Positions 11,164 through 20,415 of a stretch of 64,000 nucleotides of DNA are shown here, piece after piece. A program made the translations under genes and the position numbers. Origin of the DNA: Planctomycetota bacterium (lineage in GTDB: Bacteria > Planctomycetota > UBA11346); the NCBI GenBank assembly GCA_038213805.1, contig JBBQSO010000003.1, forward strand, positions 32,001-96,000. The letters are read 5' to 3'. The notes beneath the pieces were generated by a model that was given only the letters and a program-made list of their open reading frames with translations, ran no database searches and was not told the origin of the DNA. The stretch's first letter is position 1. Every line of letters starts with the position of its first letter.

Positions 11164-12129
11164 TCAGAGCGCCACCTGAGCGCCAGCGATGATGCGCGGG
11201 ACCTCCGCCATCAAGCTTTGGAAACCTGCCGCATCGAGACCAGCGGCCTGGATCAACACGCCGTCCATGCGTTTATCGAAGGGATGGTTCTTGAGCACAC
11301 CGACGCCAGCGGCGTAGATCAGGCGTTCGGCCAGGCGCACCGCGGCGAGTTGCTTGAGCTCGGGCGCCTCGGCGCTGGTCGGGATGCGGTGGTGGCAGGA
11401 CACCACCTGGCGCAGCCGCGCCGGCAGCAGCCAGCGGTCGGCGATGCGTTCGCCGACCCAGGAATGGTCGAAGCCGAGGGTCTTGCGCTCGCGCGTGAGG
11501 ATGTCGATCGGCTCCTCGCCGCTCTCGCGGCGCAGGGCGACGCCGTGCTTGGCCAGCAGCGGCCCGAGCACCAGCATGCCGACGTCGCGCATCAGTCCGG
11601 CCAGGAAGTACTCCTCGGCCTCGTCGCGCGAGACCCCGGTGCGCTGGGCGACCACCCGCGCGAGGCCGGCGGTGGCGATGCTGTTCTTCCACAGGCCCTG
11701 GTCGTCGAAGCCGTAGGCGCTGAGATCGAGGACCAGCAGGTTGGAGACTGAGGCGGCCATGACCAGGCTCTTGAGACTGGCGAAGCCGATGATCGAGACC
11801 GCCTGGGCGATCGAGGCGACCGGGTTGGCGAGACTGTAGAACGGGCTGTTGACCAGGCGCATCAAGCGCCCGGCAATCACCATGTCCTGCCCGATCAGAC
11901 TCTCGAGATCAGCCGCCGAGCTCTGCTGGCTGCCGACCTGGGCGAGGATGCGCGTGACCACGGTGGGCAGCGAGGGCAGGCGGTCGATGGCAGCAAAGAT
12001 GTCGGCCTCGCCGAGGCGGATCACCGACTGGCCGCGGGACCGGTAGGACAACCCGGAGTCGTCCTCCTCCTCGGCGGTTTTCGCCGTCCCGGGCTTGAAG
12101 CGCTTGCCGGCAAAGAGGTCGTCAGGCAT
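11164..12129 (-). CDS. Stand-alone HDOD domain protein
   Basis: LPSLPTVV; LMRLVNSPFY; SIAQAVSIIG; GLMRDVG; GFDHSWVG..IADRWLLP; CHH. Confidence 0.9.
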   Translation of the reverse strand: MPDDLFAGKRFKPGTAKTAEEEDDSGLSYRSRGQSVIRLGEADIFAAIDRLPSLPTVVTRILAQVGSQQSSAADLESLIGQDMVIAGRLMRLVNSPFYSLANPVASIAQAVSIIGFASLKSLVMAASVSNLLVLDLSAYGFDDQGLWKNSIATAGLARVVAQRTGVSRDEAEEYFLAGLMRDVGMLVLGPLLAKHGVALRRESGEEPIDILTRERKTLGFDHSWVGERIADRWLLPARLRQVVSCHHRIPTSAEAPELKQLAAVRLAERLIYAAGVGVLKNHPFDKRMDGVLIQAAGLDAAGFQSLMAEVPRIIAGAQVAL

Positions 12130-12507
12130 CGGGCGGTCCTCCCTCGGGCCGCAGCCCGGACCAGAGCATACCATGGGAAAGCGGGCGGGGTGACGGGGAA
12201 GGAGAGTGAGGAGGACGGGAAAAGGGCCAGGCGGCATATCCCCGAGCGTCATTGCGCCCACGGGGGCTTTCATGCCTGTCGATCCGAGCGTGGGCCAGGC
12301 ACATCCCTGGGCGGATCCCCGCTGATGGCCCCCATCTTCCCCACCCCCTCCGTGGCTTGCCCTGCTGCCCTCCCACTGCCTGCATCATTGCTTCACCGCC
12401 ACACTGGACTTGCCGCCAGCAGACGGTTAATGCGGCTTCAACGCCCACCATGCGACGCCATCAGCCATGACCCACGACCACTGGAAGCCCCTGCCCGGTG
12501 GGATCGG

Positions 12508-13113
12508 ATGAGCCTGCGTGCCCCCGACGAGGGCGACCAGCGCGCCGAGCGCCTGTCCCGCGCCCTGGTCGCCCTGCGCCACGCCCAGGAGGCCTGGCTG
12601 GACGACCTGCGCCAGGTCTGCCTGGGCGATCCGGCGGTGGTCGCGGCCTTCCGCCGTTGGGAGGAGCGCCTGACCCTGATCAAGCTGCACGTCCACCGCT
12701 GCGAGGCGCGGCTGCTGCACTGGCTGCTGATCCCCGGGCGCGTCCGCGGCGAGGCCCCTGCGGCACCAGGGCTGCCGGAGCGCCGCGTCCTGGCGCGCGA
12801 TTGGCGTGAGCGCCTCGAACAGTGGTTCAGCGCGCAGCGCATCGATCCCGCCTACCGCCGCATCGAAGACGTGCTCGACCACGACCAGGAGGCGGTGACC
12901 GCGGACATCGTCACCGACCTCGCCCAGCTTGCTGAACTCGCCACCCTGGCGGTCGCCGCGCTCGCAGGGGTCGGCGACGACAGCGACCAGGACGCGCTCG
13001 AGGACCTCGCCTTCTACCGGGTCATCGGCCCATGGCGGAGCCAGGGTCAGCCAGCCCTGCACGACGTGCTGCGCTGGTTGGCCGAGCACCTGCGCGACCA
13101 GGAGGACTGGTGA
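12508..13113 (+). CDS. Hypothetical helical protein (weak resemblance to DUF5063)
   Basis: GC-rich codon usage; stop overlaps the GTG of the receptor gene (GTGA). Confidence 0.6.
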   Translation: MSLRAPDEGDQRAERLSRALVALRHAQEAWLDDLRQVCLGDPAVVAAFRRWEERLTLIKLHVHRCEARLLHWLLIPGRVRGEAPAAPGLPERRVLARDWRERLEQWFSAQRIDPAYRRIEDVLDHDQEAVTADIVTDLAQLAELATLAVAALAGVGDDSDQDALEDLAFYRVIGPWRSQGQPALHDVLRWLAEHLRDQEDW

Positions 13114-15281
13114 GCGGCGCGCGCCGCCACCGCTGCACGGTCTGCGCGCTGCTGATCCTGCCCACCTGGACGGGAGTGGTCGCGGCGGCGGAAGGCGGCG
13201 GTGGACGACCCGCGCCGCAGCCCGGCATCGACGACATCAACGCGGTCGACAGCTTCGGCTACGCGGACAGCGCGCTGCGCCGCCGCCAGGACCTCAAGAC
13301 CACGCCGCAGGCGGTCGAGGTGCTGACCAGCGACGACCTCGTCAACACCCCCGCCCTCGGCCTGCCTGACCGCCTGCGCTACGTGCCGGGGGTCGATGTC
13401 TACGAACTGCGCGCCGGACAGTACGAGATCGGCATCCACGGCTACAACAGCATCAACAACAACCGCGTCCAGGTACTCTACGACGGCAGCGATTTCTCGC
13501 TCGCGGAATTCGGCTCGGTGCCGTGGATCGGCACGTACAACCAGAGCGACCTCGCGCGCGTCGAGGTGCTCAAGGGGCCGTCGTCGGTGACCTACGGCGC
13601 CAACGCCTTCGGCGGTGTGATCGCGCTCAGCGGCCGTCAGCCCGGCGACCGCCAGCAGGTGTTCAGCAGCGCCAGCTACGGCAGCGACGCGCTGGTCGAC
13701 GTCGACGCCACCGCACTCGGCCCGGTCGGCGATGATTTCTTCTACAAGATCGGCATCGGCGGCAGCCATCGCGGCGACATCCCCGGCACGGTCGGCGAGA
13801 CCCCCTACCAGGCCAGCGCGCGCACCAGCGAGACCGGGCGCACCGACCTGGGCAGCCTGCGCTGGAACGCGCTGATCGGCGTGCGGCTGCCGGCGGAGAA
13901 CCGCATCGAGGTCGACTATCACGGTCTCGATCTCTACAAATGGGAGTTCCTGCACGATCTCGACATCGGCTCCGATGACGCGCAGGTGCGTTCACACGAC
14001 CTGGTCGTGCGCCTCGCCGGACCGTGGGGCGAGGTCAGCCAGCGCCATGTGCAGTCGAGCAACCTGGACAGCAACCAGAAGGCCGTCTACATCCCGGCCG
14101 AGGACTTCAAATACGCGCAGGTCGGCTTCCGCGACCAGACCGACGAGACGCGCGCGCGGCTGCACCTGCCGCTCGGCGCGCACTGGCTGGCGGTGGGCGG
14201 GGAATGGCGTTCCTGGCGCTCGCGCTCGAACCTGTGGGATGCGGCCGGGGTGTTCGCCGACCAGGGCACGTGGGCAGTCGCCAAGATGCGCAACCTCGCC
14301 TTCTTCGGCGAGGACCAGTGGACCATCGACCCGCACTGGACCGCCACCGCCGGGCTGCGCCTCGACGACAACAGCCAGGCCGGGGCCAACTGGTCGCCGC
14401 GCCTGGGCCTGAACTGGACGCCGGACCGCGACCAGTTCTGGCGCCTCAACTACTCGCGTGGCTACCGCCTGCCGACGCCCATCGAGGCCTTCCTGCGCCA
14501 GTACTATTTCCAGTCGGACCAGCACCTCGACGCCGAGTCCATCCAGGAGGTCGATCTGGGCTGGCAGGGCCGCTTCGACCAGACCACGCGCCTGGGCTTC
14601 GACCTGTTCTACAGCCGCAGCAACGACGAGATCCGCACCGTGCCGCTGCCCAGCGCGGTGATGGCCGCAAACTTCAATCCGACCGCGCCGGGGCCATTCT
14701 TCTCGTTCAGCAACCTCGACAACCCGGTGCACGTGCTCGGCCTCGAGGTGAGCGGCGAGCAGGCCGTCGCCGGCACGCCGCTGACGGTGTTCGCCAACGG
14801 CACCTGGCAGCTCGCGCGCCACGAGCACGATGTGGTCTACCAGAGCGACGGCTTCACCTCGCCGATCGGCACGCTATTCCGCTTCGACCGCAACCTCGGC
14901 CGGACCGCCGACGCGCCGCCGATGTGGAAGGCCAACCTGGGCGCGCGCTGCGAGCAGGGCCACTGGTTCGCGAGCATAGCCGGACGCTACGTCGGCGCCC
15001 ACGAGGTGTTCAGCTTCGCCAACAGCTATTTCGACCTCGGCTCGCCGATCGAGCTGCAGACCCTGCCCGCCTACGTCGCCTGCGATCTGGCGGTCGGCTG
15101 GTCCTTCGCGCCGAACGACCGCTACGGCCGCTTCGTGCGCCTGAACGCCTTCGATCTCTTCGACAGCGGCCACTACGAGTGGTTCCGCTCGAAGGAGTCG
15201 ACCCTGCTCGACACCCATGAGCACCAGTCGACCAGCGCGATCGGGCGGGTGGTCAGCGTACAGGTGGGTTGGCTGTTCTAG
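13110..15281 (+). CDS. TonB-dependent receptor
   Basis: Plug motifs TPQAVEVLT, LRYVPGV and RVEVLKGPSSVTYGANAFGGVI; barrel motifs TAGLRLD, SPRLG, YSRGYRLP; terminal Phe. Confidence 0.92.
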   Translation: MSGARRHRCTVCALLILPTWTGVVAAAEGGGGRPAPQPGIDDINAVDSFGYADSALRRRQDLKTTPQAVEVLTSDDLVNTPALGLPDRLRYVPGVDVYELRAGQYEIGIHGYNSINNNRVQVLYDGSDFSLAEFGSVPWIGTYNQSDLARVEVLKGPSSVTYGANAFGGVIALSGRQPGDRQQVFSSASYGSDALVDVDATALGPVGDDFFYKIGIGGSHRGDIPGTVGETPYQASARTSETGRTDLGSLRWNALIGVRLPAENRIEVDYHGLDLYKWEFLHDLDIGSDDAQVRSHDLVVRLAGPWGEVSQRHVQSSNLDSNQKAVYIPAEDFKYAQVGFRDQTDETRARLHLPLGAHWLAVGGEWRSWRSRSNLWDAAGVFADQGTWAVAKMRNLAFFGEDQWTIDPHWTATAGLRLDDNSQAGANWSPRLGLNWTPDRDQFWRLNYSRGYRLPTPIEAFLRQYYFQSDQHLDAESIQEVDLGWQGRFDQTTRLGFDLFYSRSNDEIRTVPLPSAVMAANFNPTAPGPFFSFSNLDNPVHVLGLEVSGEQAVAGTPLTVFANGTWQLARHEHDVVYQSDGFTSPIGTLFRFDRNLGRTADAPPMWKANLGARCEQGHWFASIAGRYVGAHEVFSFANSYFDLGSPIELQTLPAYVACDLAVGWSFAPNDRYGRFVRLNAFDLFDSGHYEWFRSKESTLLDTHEHQSTSAIGRVVSVQVGWLF

Positions 15282-15414
15282 CGCCGGTCGGGCGGAGTGA
15301 TCGCCGCAGGACCACGCTTCACGCGCGTCAGGTGCGTGAGATCGACCGCCCAAGGGACTATCTGTGTCCAAGAGCGTGCGCATCCAGCACGCTTTTGGTG
15401 TCATGCGACAGCGC

Positions 15415-15429
15415 TGGCACGGGTGCTGC
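15415..15429 (+). promoter_or_regulatory. Putative sigma54 -24/-12 promoter of the pilin cassette
   Basis: TGGCACGGGTGCTGC fits GG-N10-GC with TGGCACG; one mismatch to TTGC. Confidence 0.45.
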
Positions 15430-15576
15430 GCAAATGGCCTGTCCAGGGATGACGGCGAGTAGCGTCTATAGCAGGTTCCGGAGCGTGGAACCGTTTCCAT
15501 TCAGGGAATTCCTGTAACTCGACCTGCTTCCCGGCGTTCCCGTCCGTTCACTGCGCCAAGCCCACCCTGCAGAGCC

Positions 15577-17739
15577 ATGACCCACCCACGCCACATCGCC
15601 GCCTTCACCCTCTTCGAGGTCGCACTCTCGCTGGGTCTGGTCGCCTTCGGCGTGGTCAGCGTGCTCATGCTGCTGCCGGCCGGGCTCAAGGCCCAGCAGC
15701 TGTCGCGCTTCCAGATCCTCGCCGCGGCCAAAGCCGAGGAGATGGTCGAGGCCTTCGTCGCCGCGCCGAACGGCAATCCCGCCCTCGATACCGAGGGCAT
15801 GACGCTGTACGACGTCGCGCTCGCGCACCGCGCCGAGACCTGGGACCTGGAATCGCGCCTCTCCAGCCACCGCTTCGGTCTGATGCCGCTGCCCGTCGAA
15901 CTCGCGCGCCGCCTGGACTCGGACGGCGATGAGATCAAGGACATCCTCGACCAGGGTGGCTACGTCTACTACTCGCAGCCGCTCGCCAGCACCAACACCG
16001 AGGAGCAGGGCCAAGCCGTCGCGCCGCCGAACGAGGCACAACGCCTGATCATCGGCATCTCCGGCTTCGCGCAGCAGAACTGCATGCACAGCCTGCAGCT
16101 CAAGAACTGGCCCTACCACACGCCGATGCCGTCGCCGCCGCTGCACACCTTCCACATGGCCGACCTGTGGCTGCCGCAACGCGACTACACCCAGAGCAGC
16201 TACTGGAACTACAACGTGTGGCCGTGGCCGGACTACGAGTACCAGTCGGGGCCGGACTGGCGCAACAAGGTCGAGTGCTGGTGCATGCCGTGGGAGACCG
16301 CGCCCGGCAACGGCGACCCGGACATCCAGAAGGTCTATGACTGGCCCGACGAGAACAACGTCCACTGCGGCTACTTCCCCTACGCCTGCGGCCGTCTCTG
16401 GGACTGGCCCAGCGGGGACCATGTGTTCAACGCCACCCAGCTGGTTCCGCCGTCGCAGCCCGGGCAGCCCGTGAGCGCGGCTGCGCTGCTCGGTGACTAC
16501 CCATCGCGGCCGGGGGTGCTGCGCTACGTCGCGGCGACCCTGTGGTACGCGCAGCGCAAGGGCTTCGGGCCCAGCGCGCTGGCCACGGTCGACGACCCGC
16601 ACCGCCCGTTCACCAGCGCGGATGAGCGTGAGCGTTGGAAGGAGGTGCAGGCCTTCCGTTTCCTCGCCCACGCCGCGACCTGCCTGACCTCGTGGTACTC
16701 GTTCAGTGCGCCCAGTGAGGACGACGACCTGCAGCGCGGCGTGCGCATCCCGGTGGTCAATCTCGCTGGCCTGCCCAGCCCCAGCGACATGCGCATCACC
16801 CACCAGCTCATCACCTACTACCACGAGCGCGCCACCTGGCTGGTCAACCAGTTCGCTTCCAGCTATCCGTACGATTGGGCGGTGCCTAGGCCGCTGAACC
16901 GCGTGACCATGATGGACTACCCACTGCTGCAGTCCGACATCTTCACGCCGCCGCTGCCCGAGGGCCTGCCGGCGAACCCGCTGTACGGTGCGGACTGGAA
17001 CCGCTTCATCGGCCGTCCGGTCGACGACCACCCGCATAATTGGCGCGTGCTGAGCCCGGAACCCGTCCGCAACGTCGGCGTGAGCCAGACCTACCCCGCC
17101 AGCCCCATCAACCCGACCATGCGCGACAACGGGTACGAGCCCACCTCGCAGTTCGGTGACATCAGCCATTTCAATCTGACCGAACCGTTCGAAGCAGCCG
17201 AGCGCTGCCGCCAGATCGTGATGTGGGTGGTCGACTGGCAGTCGTACGAGGACTTCGAGACCCTGCCCAGCGCGCCGGTCGACGCGAGCAAGTACCCCAT
17301 CGCCGGCCCGCGTAGCGGTTGGCACGAGAACAACGACAAGCCGGTGACCTCGATCGTGCACTCCTTCGACGCGCGCATGGTCGATCTTGAGTTCCGCGAC
17401 GAGCAGATGTGGACCTACCGAAATCCCGAGAAGACCATCATGTTCTGGACCGGCAATCCCAGCGGGACGGTTGTCGATCCGCGCACCCTGCCGACGGGAA
17501 CCGACGTCACCCCGTACATGGTGCTGAACGACAACGGCACCGGCGACTGGACCAACGAGTACCCGGACAAGGGGCCGAGTCTGGAGGCGCGTAAGGTCTT
17601 CAACGGCCTGTACGGGGCCGACCGCAACTTCAATCGCAAGCTCGACCGCGGCCCGGTGCCGAAGTCGGTGCGCATGCGCGCCACCACCATCACCCGCCTG
17701 AACTTCTACGACCCCCGCGTGCAGGCGATCCTGCGCTAG
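15577..17739 (+). CDS. Giant prepilin-type N-methylation protein (PilV / Verru_Chthon cassette B-like), 720 aa
   Basis: MTHPRHIAA|FTLFEVALSLGLVAFGVVSVLMLLPAGL class III signal with Glu5; large W/Y/P/D-rich body. Confidence 0.8.
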   Translation: MTHPRHIAAFTLFEVALSLGLVAFGVVSVLMLLPAGLKAQQLSRFQILAAAKAEEMVEAFVAAPNGNPALDTEGMTLYDVALAHRAETWDLESRLSSHRFGLMPLPVELARRLDSDGDEIKDILDQGGYVYYSQPLASTNTEEQGQAVAPPNEAQRLIIGISGFAQQNCMHSLQLKNWPYHTPMPSPPLHTFHMADLWLPQRDYTQSSYWNYNVWPWPDYEYQSGPDWRNKVECWCMPWETAPGNGDPDIQKVYDWPDENNVHCGYFPYACGRLWDWPSGDHVFNATQLVPPSQPGQPVSAAALLGDYPSRPGVLRYVAATLWYAQRKGFGPSALATVDDPHRPFTSADERERWKEVQAFRFLAHAATCLTSWYSFSAPSEDDDLQRGVRIPVVNLAGLPSPSDMRITHQLITYYHERATWLVNQFASSYPYDWAVPRPLNRVTMMDYPLLQSDIFTPPLPEGLPANPLYGADWNRFIGRPVDDHPHNWRVLSPEPVRNVGVSQTYPASPINPTMRDNGYEPTSQFGDISHFNLTEPFEAAERCRQIVMWVVDWQSYEDFETLPSAPVDASKYPIAGPRSGWHENNDKPVTSIVHSFDARMVDLEFRDEQMWTYRNPEKTIMFWTGNPSGTVVDPRTLPTGTDVTPYMVLNDNGTGDWTNEYPDKGPSLEARKVFNGLYGADRNFNRKLDRGPVPKSVRMRATTITRLNFYDPRVQAILR

Positions 17740-17750
17740 AAGGCGATACC

Positions 17751-19178
17751 ATGAGACACTCCCCCGCGCGCTCCGCCTTCACCCTGATCGAGATGATGAT
17801 CGCGATCGCCCTGGGCCTGGTGATCATTTATGTCGCGGTCGCCGGCGTGCGCACGGCGTCGCAGACCATCTCCGTGGCCAACCGCCTGTCGCTCGAGAAC
17901 AGCCTGCTGCGCTCCGGCTACTACGCGGCGCAGGAGCAGCTCGACTTCTGGACCAACCTCGACGATCCGACCCGGCCGGACGCGGAGCGCCCCCTGACGC
18001 GCATCACCAGCGGCCACGGCATGCCCTTCACCTCGATGAACGCCCTGCGCGATGCCGGGGAGTGGCCGCATCAGGGCACGGTGCCGCGCTTCCCGAGCAG
18101 CGGCGGATTCTGCCAGATCATGCCGCGTCCGCCGGAGACCAGCTCCGCCGACGGCGTCGCCGAGGCGCACCCGCCGGCGAGCACCACGGGCTGGGAGGAG
18201 GACCAGGGCTGGGACCCGACCGTTTCCTGGTCGCCGCACGACCCGCGCACCTGGACGCGGGCCAACCTGGCGGAGAAGTGGATCAAGCCGGAGGACTACG
18301 CCTGTCCTGGGGTGCTGCCACCGGTCATGTTCGGGCGCTACGCGCTGTTCGCCTATACCGGCACGCCGGGTGCTCTCATGCCGTTTACGATCAAGGCCGA
18401 CACCAACGTCGCAGCCCCGGCAGATCCCGCCGCCGCTGCCGCGGCGATCAGCGTCACCTATACCGGCTACCCCACCGACACCGTCCACCACTGGTATTAC
18501 CGGCAGGCGAAGGCCCTGAGCAAGGCGATGGGCTATGCCGCGTTCTGCGAATACCTGCCACCGAATGCGATCTACACCTGGTACACCGACAGCAGCGACC
18601 AGCAGCTGACCGCCGGCGGCATCGACCGGCTGTGCGTCGAGGCAGGGAACGATTTCTGCAACGGCGATGGTGGGCAGGTCTCCTCGCGCGGGATCTACCG
18701 CCAGACCTACCAGACCTCGTTCGGATACATCAACCCGCTCGCGCCATCGGACTATAACGGCGGCACGGGTGGCACGGTCGCGGATGCCGATCTGGCCTGG
18801 TGGTATTACAAGCACTTCGACACCGACTACACCGCGATGAAGCCGAACACGAATCCACTCGCTACCTGGGACGGCGTGCGCGAGCTGAAGTGGTTCCTCG
18901 GCCACCTGAATTTCCCGCAGCGCCAACTGGTGCTGCGCCCGAGCCAGTGGCCCGACGTGCAGGTGTCAGTGGGCCGCTTCATCAAAAACGGCCGCCATCT
19001 GGCGATGGCCAAGGTCCGGCGCGTGGCACCGCTCACCGGCGAGGTCATCGAATTGACCTGGAGCGGCCTGGGCACCACCCTGCGCGGCGCCCGCCAGCAG
19101 CGCCTGCGTGCCGGTGGCGGCTGGGCGCGCTGGGACAACGGCGGCGCGACCATCGACCCCAACCTCGACACCCCATGA
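17751..19178 (+). CDS. Large prepilin-type N-methylation protein (PilW/GspJ-like), 475 aa
   Basis: MRHSPARSA|FTLIEMMIAIALGLVIIYVAV class III signal with Glu5. Confidence 0.82.
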   Translation: MRHSPARSAFTLIEMMIAIALGLVIIYVAVAGVRTASQTISVANRLSLENSLLRSGYYAAQEQLDFWTNLDDPTRPDAERPLTRITSGHGMPFTSMNALRDAGEWPHQGTVPRFPSSGGFCQIMPRPPETSSADGVAEAHPPASTTGWEEDQGWDPTVSWSPHDPRTWTRANLAEKWIKPEDYACPGVLPPVMFGRYALFAYTGTPGALMPFTIKADTNVAAPADPAAAAAAISVTYTGYPTDTVHHWYYRQAKALSKAMGYAAFCEYLPPNAIYTWYTDSSDQQLTAGGIDRLCVEAGNDFCNGDGGQVSSRGIYRQTYQTSFGYINPLAPSDYNGGTGGTVADADLAWWYYKHFDTDYTAMKPNTNPLATWDGVRELKWFLGHLNFPQRQLVLRPSQWPDVQVSVGRFIKNGRHLAMAKVRRVAPLTGEVIELTWSGLGTTLRGARQQRLRAGGGWARWDNGGATIDPNLDTP

Positions 19179-20278
19179 AGACGACCATGCAGCCAACCCG
19201 CAACGGCACCGTTCTGATCGTCGTCGCCGGCGTCTCGGCGCTGCTCGCCTCGCTCGCACTGACCTTCCTGGTGCGCATGCGCGGTGACGTCGAGGAGTCG
19301 GAGCAGCTGATACGCTATGCCCAGGCCAAGTTGATGCTTGCCGCTGCCTGCAACTACGTGCAGGAGGCCTCGCGCATGGGCTGGAGCCCGTACAGCGCCA
19401 ATCCACGCAAGGATCCGATTTCTCGCCGGCCGCCGCGCATCAGCCCCGACAGCGCCACCACGTCGTACCACGAGGAGGCGTTCGGGTGGATCGACGTGCG
19501 CGATGGCAGCACCGGTCCGAAGAACCGCCGGCACCAGGGCACCCCGGACGTCGATCCCGCCAACATCTGGTTCTCGCCCGCAACCGAACGCGACCGGCGC
19601 CGCACGGGAGGTACCCGTCCGGGCTGGCCGGAGGTCGGCAGCATCGCGCGCTGCCCGATGTATGGCATGGTGCGCCCGCCCTACGCCGTGCAGCTCACCG
19701 CCGCCTACAATCCGATGTCCACGACCTCAGCCGACCCCAACGTGTTCTGCTATCCGCTGCTGACCAATCCCGATCCGCAGCCGGTGGTGGCCAATGGCTG
19801 GCGGGGCGCCGCCTCGGCGGCCACGGTGAGTGGCACCAACTACGCGCAGTTCGAGGAGGGCGACCGCGCGCCGCTGGCGCGTACCACCGGCAGGTCGTGG
19901 TTCCGCGTGCTGCGGGACGGGCCGGCGACCTTCGTGCTGACCTGCGGTGGCGGCGCGAGCATGGGCTTCCGCGACTGGCAAGAGGTCGAGGATCTCGACC
20001 AGACCGCGATCTTCGGCGGCGATCAGCAGGCTTTCGAGACGGCGGCGGCCAGCGAGGTGCGCCTGTGGTACCGCATCGAATGGTCGGCCGCGGTGATGGA
20101 GACCACCTACCACAACCTCGAACACGAGATCATCCGCAACATCGAGCACTACGAATCGTGGCCGGCCAATTCCAGCCAGAGCTGGGTGTTCTCACGGCGC
20201 ACCCAGACCTGGGCGAAGAACCCGGTCGGGACGATCCGCTGGATCCAGCGTCTGGTGACGGCACCGACCTATTGGTGA
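19175..20278 (+). CDS. PilX/GspK-like minor pilin, 367 aa
   Basis: ATGA overlap with previous gene; RNG|TVLIVVAGVSALLASLALTF lacks Glu5, followed by QAKLMLAAA. Confidence 0.72.
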   Translation: MKTTMQPTRNGTVLIVVAGVSALLASLALTFLVRMRGDVEESEQLIRYAQAKLMLAAACNYVQEASRMGWSPYSANPRKDPISRRPPRISPDSATTSYHEEAFGWIDVRDGSTGPKNRRHQGTPDVDPANIWFSPATERDRRRTGGTRPGWPEVGSIARCPMYGMVRPPYAVQLTAAYNPMSTTSADPNVFCYPLLTNPDPQPVVANGWRGAASAATVSGTNYAQFEEGDRAPLARTTGRSWFRVLRDGPATFVLTCGGGASMGFRDWQEVEDLDQTAIFGGDQQAFETAAASEVRLWYRIEWSAAVMETTYHNLEHEIIRNIEHYESWPANSSQSWVFSRRTQTWAKNPVGTIRWIQRLVTAPTYW

Positions 20279-20415
20279 ACGGGGAGCGGTGGCAGTCGAG
20301 CGGCGGAGTGCGAAGTGCTGAGACCAATTCACCCAACGCGCGACGTCGCAGATGCCTACCAGAGCGATTCACGCAATGCCTGAAGTCCTGGCGGGGGCCT
20401 CCGTCGACTTCCTGA

